Source: Cyanobacteria bacterium P01_H01_bin.74
GTDB taxonomy: Bacteria; Cyanobacteriota; Vampirovibrionia; Vampirovibrionales; Vampirovibrionaceae
NCBI GenBank assembly: GCA_038745945.1
Contig: JBCDLA010000001.1
Location: forward strand, 1,898 to 65,897
Direction: 5' to 3'
Length of the DNA: 64,000 nt
Part shown: piece after piece, positions 57,334-64,000 of the stretch
How positions within the stretch are numbered: the stretch's first letter is position 1
Layout: every line of letters begins with the position of its first letter
Notes under the pieces: model-generated
Told to the model about the DNA's origin: nothing
Databases searched by the model: none
The model's input: the letters and a program-made list of their open reading frames with translations, nothing else
Position numbers and translations under genes: made by a program

Positions 57334-57927
57334 TTGCGCACAAACTGGTCTGCCTTGCATTCCGGAACAAAACGACGCCTCAAGCCGATTGTTTGGGGGA
57401 CAGCCAAGCATATAAAAAATGCCTCGGTGAAAACGGTCACTTTATTGCAAATAAGTTTATTGCCAGCTGTATTTATGGTGTCTGCTTACAATGCCGTTAA
57501 ATTGCCTCGATTGCAAGATCAAATTGCAAATCAAGCTAACGAAATAGCCGGTCTTCATCGTGTCGCGGCCTCAAAAAATGCTTTTACACTAAAGTTGTTT
57601 GCCGCTGGTGCAGGACTATCCACTATACTTACAGGCATTTCAGTGTTCGCTCTTAAAAATCAATTGAACGATGTAAAAACCGATATAAAAAATGATCTTG
57701 AATCAGTTTTAGGCTTTATGATAAGAAATACAGAGAATCTTGTTTCAACAGTTTGTGCAAACCCTACTCCCATTCTTAATAAACAACATAATCCAAGTGG
57801 GCCAGTTCTCCCAAACGCCTCCTTAAAATATGGTTTAGAGCCTCGACTTTTCAAATTTCTTGGGATCAAACCCCATAAACCAGGACTGGGCAATCTCTTG
57901 AACAAATTAGGATTACCAAAAAAATAA
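57334..57927 (+). CDS. Hypothetical membrane-associated protein (2 predicted TM). Uncertain gene.
   Basis: ORF within an AT-rich islet; TTG start in the track. Convergent with family member 3. Confidence 0.25.
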   Translation: MRTNWSALHSGTKRRLKPIVWGTAKHIKNASVKTVTLLQISLLPAVFMVSAYNAVKLPRLQDQIANQANEIAGLHRVAASKNAFTLKLFAAGAGLSTILTGISVFALKNQLNDVKTDIKNDLESVLGFMIRNTENLVSTVCANPTPILNKQHNPSGPVLPNASLKYGLEPRLFKFLGIKPHKPGLGNLLNKLGLPKK

Positions 57928-58201
57928 AGCCAATTGCCATCCAATTTGTAAGCTTATCAGCCGCTACACAGAATTTTATTTCCTTTCTAATTCTAACCTG
58001 GATTTCTCATCGCCAAGTTGTTACTGAGAAAAGATAAAAAGACGTAATAATTAAAATTGAGTTTTTCTTGACAAATCTTGATAAACTGGAAAAAAAGATT
58101 TCGATGAATTGCGATTATAAGTATACCTTTTTTTATAGAGTTGATGATGTTTCGCTTGATTTTTCATCAGAATCTTAAAATAGCTTCGTTTCTTTAGGTC
58201 C

Positions 58202-58753
58202 TTACCATTTTGTAGTAGCAGGATTACGCTCAGTTGCATCCAGTATATTTTGTTCTTCACCCACTGTTATGTTTTTGAGCCGCTCAAACCGATCTGTTAA
58301 ATCGCCCGTTTTTGACTGTTCCATCTCTCTTTCTTCTTTTCTTTTGTTATAAAAGTCATCAGCTTTATTATTAGCCTCAGGACTGAATAAATATTGCACC
58401 CTTTCGGGATTATATAATTTGGGGTAACCAACATAGCCGTCTCTTTCAGGCCCATCAGCATCAAAATTAACATTAGGGTTATTTCTTCGGACTGCTGCTT
58501 GTCTTTCTTCCCTTAATTTAGCTTCTTGATCGGCTTGGGTTAACCGTTCAAGGATTTCAGGATTATTTAATTTTTCCACTCTTGGTCCATTATAATTAGC
58601 ACCTTGTTCCAGATATTTAGCGTAAGCAACATCTTTTGATCTATCATATACTTCCCAATCAGTATCTTCTGAATCTTTTGGAGGCTTATCCCCCCCGAAG
58701 CGAAGAGTCGAATCAGTGTTATAGGAATTATTACCAGGGAAAAAGGAAACCAT
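58202..58753 (-). CDS. Hydrophilic N/D/E/Y/P-rich 183-aa protein with no signal peptide. Tentative member 3 of the paralogous family.
   Basis: N-terminal FFPGNNSYNTDSTLRFGGD resembles the GNNNLRFGVD block of ORF 30015..30584. YPKLYNPERVQYLFS resembles FLNPYNPKPDLPPFS. ATG start with a moderate RBS, in an AT-rich islet. Confidence 0.4.
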   Translation of the reverse strand: MVSFFPGNNSYNTDSTLRFGGDKPPKDSEDTDWEVYDRSKDVAYAKYLEQGANYNGPRVEKLNNPEILERLTQADQEAKLREERQAAVRRNNPNVNFDADGPERDGYVGYPKLYNPERVQYLFSPEANNKADDFYNKRKEEREMEQSKTGDLTDRFERLKNITVGEEQNILDATERNPATTKW

Positions 58754-58880
58754 TTTAAATCTTTCTATTGTTTTTTAAGTGCTGTGTGAACTAAGTGATG
58801 CGTGAACATATTACTAATGAATTGATAAAACCATTCCCATAAACGCATGTCAATTCAGTTTTGTGCGCAATCCAACAGAA

Positions 58881-60314
58881 TTATGCAGGCACAGCGCCAG
58901 GGTATTTCCCGCTAAAGCACGCTGTACACGGGTCACTAAACCCTGAAAGCGACACCATATTCTCCACAGAAAGATACATCAGTGTGGTAACACCCAAAAA
59001 TTGCCGGATGGCTTCGGTATCGGGCTGCTGGTTGGCAATCAGCTCCGCGGGCTGGGACATGTCAATGCCGTAAAAGCACGGGTGCGTCACTTTGGCCGAA
59101 GACACCCGCAGATGAATTTCTTTCACCCCGCAAGACCACAGCATTCTCACCAGATTTCGGCTGGTATTGCCCCGCACAATCGAGTCATCCACCACAACAA
59201 TGCGCTTGCCGTAAAGCACGTCCTTCAGCGGGTTCAGCTTCAACTGAATACCCTTTTCCCGCAGCTCATGGCTGGGGTTAATAAATGTTCGGCCCACGTA
59301 GCGGTTTTTAATCAAGCCTTCGGCAAAGGGAATGCCTGAAGCCCGGCTGTAGCCAATGGCTGCCACTGTCCCAGAATCAGGTACTGGGATAACAATATCG
59401 GCTTCCACAGGCGGCGATATTTCAGCCAGCTTTTTGCCCAGATTCATCCGGTACTGATAGACCGACTGCTGGTTAATCGTGCTGTCTGGGCGGGCAAAAT
59501 AGACCAATTCAAACACACAGAGCTTTTCTTCTTTGGCCAGGGCCTGAGATTCAATAAATGCGGAAGTGGTCACCCCATTCCCTTGCAACTGCAGGCTGGA
59601 ATAATAATCATCAATGCGCGCACTGACAATTTCGCCTGGCAGCAAGTCACGCTCAAATGTGGCGCCCACAATATCCAGTGCTGCCGTTTCTGAAGCAAAA
59701 ACCAGTGCCCCTGTTCGGGTTCGCCCCATGCACAAAGGCCGTAAACCCAGCGGATCCCGGGCTGCAATGAGGGTGTCACCAGTTGCCACCACAATTGAAA
59801 ACGCCCCTTCACAAGTGCTTAACGCTTTCTGAACAGCTTCTTCAACGTCGCAGCCTTCGGTATTCAGCATAAAATTGATGGTCATGGCCATCACATGGCT
59901 GTCGCTGTCACCATGCCCCAGATAGCCGCGTTCTTTCAGAAAGACTGTTAACTCGTTGGTATTGGTTAAATTGCCGTTATGGGCCAGTGTTAAGGCCCCT
60001 TGATTGGTCCGAACCACCACGGGTTGGGCATTGCCCAGGCTGCTTGTGCCAGTCGTTGAGTACCGGGTGTGGCCAATGCCCACCTGGCCGGTCATTTGAT
60101 CGAGAATAGTCTGGTTAAACACTTGATTGACCAGACCCATTTCTTTCTGCAAGCGCAGCTGATGGTTATCGTACACGGCCATGCCGCAGCTTTCTTGCCC
60201 GCGGTGCTGCAAGGCATACAAACCAAAAAAAATGGTATGCCCCAACCCCGAGGAATTGCGGTCCATAATGCCAAATACACCACAGGCTTCGTTTAAAGAC
60301 TTATAATGAATCAT
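58881..60314 (-). CDS. purF: Amidophosphoribosyltransferase.
   Basis: CGVFGI N-terminal nucleophile, PRTase motif (VVVDDSIVRGNT), Fe-S Cys residues. Confidence 0.9.
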   Translation of the reverse strand: MIHYKSLNEACGVFGIMDRNSSGLGHTIFFGLYALQHRGQESCGMAVYDNHQLRLQKEMGLVNQVFNQTILDQMTGQVGIGHTRYSTTGTSSLGNAQPVVVRTNQGALTLAHNGNLTNTNELTVFLKERGYLGHGDSDSHVMAMTINFMLNTEGCDVEEAVQKALSTCEGAFSIVVATGDTLIAARDPLGLRPLCMGRTRTGALVFASETAALDIVGATFERDLLPGEIVSARIDDYYSSLQLQGNGVTTSAFIESQALAKEEKLCVFELVYFARPDSTINQQSVYQYRMNLGKKLAEISPPVEADIVIPVPDSGTVAAIGYSRASGIPFAEGLIKNRYVGRTFINPSHELREKGIQLKLNPLKDVLYGKRIVVVDDSIVRGNTSRNLVRMLWSCGVKEIHLRVSSAKVTHPCFYGIDMSQPAELIANQQPDTEAIRQFLGVTTLMYLSVENMVSLSGFSDPCTACFSGKYPGAVPA

Positions 60315-60505
60315 AATTGTTTAAAGGCTGTTGTCTTCCGAATATTGCGTTGTTGCATTAATGGCCATCATTATTATTAAAATGCAATCATACAGATGAA
60401 AAAAATTGACGACTGAAAAACTGAATACGGAAAAAAGACAAGCTTAAAAATTTAATAAGCAATTAGAGATTGAACAAGCAAGCGGTCGTGATACAGGCAC
60501 ATGTC

Positions 60506-62995
60506 TTATCTTGCATGAACCGACAGCCACTGCTGTTTAATGGCATGCAGATCAATGGGAGGGACTTCGGCAGTCAATTTCAGGGCAAAGTGATCATTGG
60601 TTGTTTCACCGAGACGGGCAAAAGACAACCCTGCCTTCTCGGCAGCCTGCCAGATAGGTTCTTCTTGCCCAGCCTCGTAAGCAATAATATAACTGCAAGC
60701 AGTTTCACCAAACCATTTCAAATCAAGTCGCTGGTTTTTCCCAGAATTGCTGCGCTCAGCCAGCAGTGATGACAACTGGTTTTGGCTGCAGTCCAGGCCC
60801 GCTTCATTAAAGAAAGCCATTTCCAGCAAGGTCGGCAAAACGCCACCCAGAGATACATCCTGAACAGCCACCACTTGCCGGGCATCAATCAGCGACAAGA
60901 GCAGTGCAATGGCTTTGGCCTCATAGGCCACATTGACCTCTGGCGGGGCTCCTTCAACGTTGCCTGTACGAAGCTTTAAATACTCTGTACTGCCCAGAAC
61001 CGGGTTAAAATGCCCAATCAGCGCCAGCGATACAAGCGTTTCTTTGGGGGCGGGCAGTGCCGCACCCATGATTTGGGAGTCATCGTTAATCAGGCCGGCC
61101 ATGCCAATGGTTGGTGTTGGGTAAATGGCTTCATCCCCATATTCGTTATAGAGGCTGACATTTCCGCTAATCACCGGTGTATTCAGACCCAGACAGGCAT
61201 CTTTTATGCCCTGAACGGCATAATGCAGCTGATGATAAATTTCTGACCTTTCAGGGTTCCCAAAATTCAGGTTGTCAGTGACTGCCAGTGGCTTAGCACC
61301 CGTACATGCCAGGTTTCTGGCTGCTTCAGTAACGGCATACAGGCTGCCTTTGTAAGGATCAGTGTGAACATACCGCGGGTTACAGTCAACGGTCAAGCTT
61401 AAGGCTTTTCCGCTAAAGCGGCCGTCTTTTTGCCGCAACCGAATCACACCAGCCGTTAAGTGCGCTGAATCAAGCACAGTAGCGTTTTGAACGTGGCGGT
61501 CGTATTGCTGGATGACACCCACCGGTTTTGCAATGTTTTGAGACCGCATCATTTTTTCAAGGAACTGGCGCAGCTCTTGGGGGTTAATATCTGGCAGACC
61601 CTTTAAAACATCTTTCTCCCGACGGGCTTTTGCAGACGGGGGCTCATCGGGCATTAATTGCCGGTGATATGATGGGGCCAGGTCCGTCAGCAGCTTGGCT
61701 GGTACACAAGCCACTTGTTCATTGTGGTGCCGAATGTCTATGGTACAATCTGCCGTAATTTCACCAATAACAGCAGAAGCAACCCCCCACTTGGTAAAAA
61801 TATCTTGGATAGCTTGGGTTTTGCCACGTTCAATCACCAGCAGCATTCGTTCTTGTGACTCAGAAAGCAGGTATTCATGGGGCTGCATTCCAGGCTCTCG
61901 TGCTGGGACCGCATCCAGATTAATCTGAATGCCAACATTGCCCTTTGCAGCCATTTCTGCACTGGAACTGGTTAAGCCTGCGGCCCCCATATCCTGGGCT
62001 GCTACAACATGGCCGGTTGCAAAGGCTTCTAAACAGGATTCAATCAGCAGCTTTTCAGCAAAGGGGTCACCCACCTGCACAGCCGGACGATCTGCCGTGC
62101 TGTTTTCATCCAGCGCCTTGCTGGCAAAGGCTGCCCCGCCCATGCCGTCTTTTCCGGTTGCAGATCCCACATACAAGACTGGATTTCCCACCCCGTAAGC
62201 CTTGGAAGAAATATCATTGCGGTCATAAAGAATGCCAACCGCCATCGCATTCACCAAGGGATTGCCATTGTAGCAGTCTTCAAAAAAGACATCTCCGGCA
62301 ATGGTTGGCACGCCAACACAGTTGCCATAGTGGGCAATGCCATTCACTGCCCGAGAAAACAAGTAGCGGTTGTGCTTTTCTGTATAGTTAGTTTCTGTAT
62401 AGTTAGTTTCTGTATAGTTAGTTTCTGTATAGTTAGTTTCTGTATAGTTAGTTTCTGTATAATTAGTTTCTGAACAACTATTGTTTTCTGTGTCTTTGTT
62501 TTCTAGATTTGGAGAAGCCGCTACTGGTCCAAAGCGCAATGCATTCAAGTTGGCAATGGGCCGGGCATTCATTGTAAAAATATCTCTGAGTATCCCACCT
62601 ACACCAGTTGCAGCCCCCTGAAACGGCTCCACAGCGGTGGGATGGTTGTGGCTTTCAATTTTAAAAGCAATTTGTATGCCATCCCCAACATCAACAATGC
62701 CAGCATTTTCGCCTGGGCCCGCAACAACACAATCGCCTGTGCTCGGAAGCTGCTTTAGCAAGTGCCGTGAGTTTTTATAACAGCAGTGCTCGCTCCACAA
62801 CACACTGAACATGGCCAGCTCGTTAAAATTGGGCGGACGGTTTAAGTTGGCCTTAATTTTGCCGTACTCAGATTGCAGCAGGTTAAACTGTTTCAACAGG
62901 CCTTCCAGCTGATCATCAGGAATCTCAAAGTTTTTCCGGCAATCAGCGTCAGGCACTGGCTCTGATTTTAATGCTTGGGTGGGGTCAGGCGACAT
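60506..62995 (-). CDS. purL: Phosphoribosylformylglycinamidine synthase subunit PurL (FGAM synthase II) carrying a ~60-aa low-complexity insertion.
   Basis: PurM-like tandem domains (e.g. ...GAATGVGGILRDIF..., ...DNLNFGNPE...). 829 aa versus the typical ~740. Confidence 0.9.
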   Translation of the reverse strand: MSPDPTQALKSEPVPDADCRKNFEIPDDQLEGLLKQFNLLQSEYGKIKANLNRPPNFNELAMFSVLWSEHCCYKNSRHLLKQLPSTGDCVVAGPGENAGIVDVGDGIQIAFKIESHNHPTAVEPFQGAATGVGGILRDIFTMNARPIANLNALRFGPVAASPNLENKDTENNSCSETNYTETNYTETNYTETNYTETNYTETNYTEKHNRYLFSRAVNGIAHYGNCVGVPTIAGDVFFEDCYNGNPLVNAMAVGILYDRNDISSKAYGVGNPVLYVGSATGKDGMGGAAFASKALDENSTADRPAVQVGDPFAEKLLIESCLEAFATGHVVAAQDMGAAGLTSSSAEMAAKGNVGIQINLDAVPAREPGMQPHEYLLSESQERMLLVIERGKTQAIQDIFTKWGVASAVIGEITADCTIDIRHHNEQVACVPAKLLTDLAPSYHRQLMPDEPPSAKARREKDVLKGLPDINPQELRQFLEKMMRSQNIAKPVGVIQQYDRHVQNATVLDSAHLTAGVIRLRQKDGRFSGKALSLTVDCNPRYVHTDPYKGSLYAVTEAARNLACTGAKPLAVTDNLNFGNPERSEIYHQLHYAVQGIKDACLGLNTPVISGNVSLYNEYGDEAIYPTPTIGMAGLINDDSQIMGAALPAPKETLVSLALIGHFNPVLGSTEYLKLRTGNVEGAPPEVNVAYEAKAIALLLSLIDARQVVAVQDVSLGGVLPTLLEMAFFNEAGLDCSQNQLSSLLAERSNSGKNQRLDLKWFGETACSYIIAYEAGQEEPIWQAAEKAGLSFARLGETTNDHFALKLTAEVPPIDLHAIKQQWLSVHAR
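62377..62478. repeat. 15-nt x ~6.5 perfect in-frame tandem repeat (gtttctgtatagtta) inside purL, encoding (TNYTE)n.
   Basis: Seen directly. The protein shows SETNYTETNYTETNYTETNYTETNYTETNYTEKHN. Confidence 0.85.
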
Positions 62996-63291
62996 CGGTC
63001 AATGGGGATCTCATTTAACGATACGAAATAGCTTTTGTATTATCACATAAACAGTTAAAAGCGCGCGTGCCAGATCAGCCAGTCAGCCTAGACCAAGTGA
63101 TCACTGTTTTTTAAAAAGAATAAAACCAGAGGAGGAGGAGGACCCTTGTAAAATTCAGTATACTAAAAAAAGCAACGGCACTGGTCATATTATGGGTATT
63201 GCCAGAAGCCTTGGAACGGGCTAGATCTTAGGTTATACCTTCTGAACTTGGTTCTATCGAAAATCGGGAAAATAATCGAGGGTTGTCTTGA

Positions 63292-63999
63292 ATGGATAAA
63301 ATGAGTTTATCCGGTTTGCTGGTTTCCGTTTGTGTGATTGGCACGGCCTTGTGGCTGGGAAAAGTTCCTGCATCAACCGTGTTTAACCCGGAAGCCCTGG
63401 TCCTGGTTTTTGGGGGAACGCTGGCCGCAACCGTGACCAGCTTCAAGTGGCAGACCCTCAAAGATGCCCTGATGCTGCTGCAGTCCCTGAACCGGCAGTC
63501 GGTTGCCCCGTCAGTCAATCAGGCTGTCAATGAAATCATGGACATTGTGCATTTTGTGCGTGAAGAAGGCGTACTGGCCTTACAGCCCTTATTGCCCCAA
63601 ATTGAAACCGATTATTTGCGCAAGGGCCTGGTGATGGTGATGGATAATTACACAGAGTCTGCCATTCTCAGTGCCATGCAGTATGAAGCCGATGCCATTG
63701 TTAACCGCCAGCTGGGTGCCGCAAAAGTGCTTGAAACCGCTGGCGGCTACGCCCCCACCATGGGCATTCTTGGGGCTGTGATTGGCATTATCTCTATTGC
63801 GCAAGTGACTATTGGAATGCAATCTTTAGGGCCAGGGCTGGCCAGTGCGTTCAGTGCCACCATGTTTGGGGTGGCATTGTCGAATCTTATTTTATTGCCG
63901 CTTTCTTTGCGGGTCAAACAATTGGCCTGGGACAATCAGATACTTTGCGCCCTGATTCAGGAGGCTGTTCTCTGCATAAGAAACGGCGAACACCCTGCA
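63292..63999 (+). CDS. motA: Flagellar motor stator protein MotA/PomA (MotA/TolQ/ExbB proton-channel family). Partial: continues past the right edge.
   Basis: Not in the ORF track (no stop in the window). My translation gives MDKMSLSGLLVSVCVIGTALWLG...LVLVFGGTLAATV...ETAGGYAPTMGILGAVIGII..., which aligns with PomA/MotA (GDVAPAMGMIGTLVGL). Confidence 0.65.
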   Translation, partial: MDKMSLSGLLVSVCVIGTALWLGKVPASTVFNPEALVLVFGGTLAATVTSFKWQTLKDALMLLQSLNRQSVAPSVNQAVNEIMDIVHFVREEGVLALQPLLPQIETDYLRKGLVMVMDNYTESAILSAMQYEADAIVNRQLGAAKVLETAGGYAPTMGILGAVIGIISIAQVTIGMQSLGPGLASAFSATMFGVALSNLILLPLSLRVKQLAWDNQILCALIQEAVLCIRNGEHPA

Positions 64000-64000
64000 A

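Noticed and set aside
62377-62478. Regular short repeats that could be mistaken for a CRISPR array (also at 16568-16625, 2718-2762, 53055-53131).
   Set aside because: The repeats are contiguous with no unique spacers, periods are 15-18 nt, and three of four lie in frame inside conserved genes. No cas genes in the window. They are coding tandem repeats, not CRISPR.
63228-63518. 96-aa minus-strand ORF overlapping the motA start region.
   Set aside because: Overlaps the much better supported plus-strand motA/pomA reading frame; Ser/Thr/Arg-rich translation typical of an antisense artefact.

Overview
The window reads as a 64-kb chromosomal segment of a diderm (Gram-negative-type) bacterium with moderate GC, in a house-keeping backbone. 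Recognisable genes: pnp-rpsO, dnaX, rplI, der-plsY-gpsA, gltX, kdsB, an LptC-like gene, an LpxI-like gene, asd, pepA, mutL, purL-purF, a TolC-MFP-RND efflux operon, mrp/apbC, dgkA, rmuC, mazG, nrnA, tRNA-His, and a MotA/PomA stator gene running off the right edge. Several proteins (PNPase, GluRS, BtpA) have a cyanobacteria/Melainabacteria-like flavour, but I cannot assign the lineage. Three AT-rich, gene-poor islets interrupt the backbone, at ~8.3-11.7 kb, ~29.4-31.0 kb and ~56.6-58.9 kb. Each carries a minus-strand ORF of unusual composition: N/Y/D/P/T-rich, no signal peptide, and one is extremely acidic with a CGCCCC cysteine cluster. By eye these three ORFs share sequence blocks. I interpret them as an undescribed paralogous protein family that may be horizontally acquired and effector-like, and this is my best candidate for the 'novel system'. 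Other points: a type VII HEPN/MNT toxin-antitoxin pair between lpxI and btpA; a large secreted GHL10-domain protein divergent from a HEAT-repeat protein, with a phased triple direct repeat in the shared promoter; an in-frame A_AAA_AAG slippery heptamer in dnaX at the position of the E. coli tau/gamma programmed frameshift; and a recurring pattern of 15-18-nt (5-6 codon) in-frame tandem repeats inside house-keeping genes (purL, dnaX, a PLP decarboxylase, and the stop region of a DUF1353 gene). No CRISPR array, transposase or rRNA was seen. The ORF track evidently accepts GTG/TTG starts, so several listed starts were moved to the first plausible ATG with an RBS. Coordinates I derived myself may be off by 1-2 nt.
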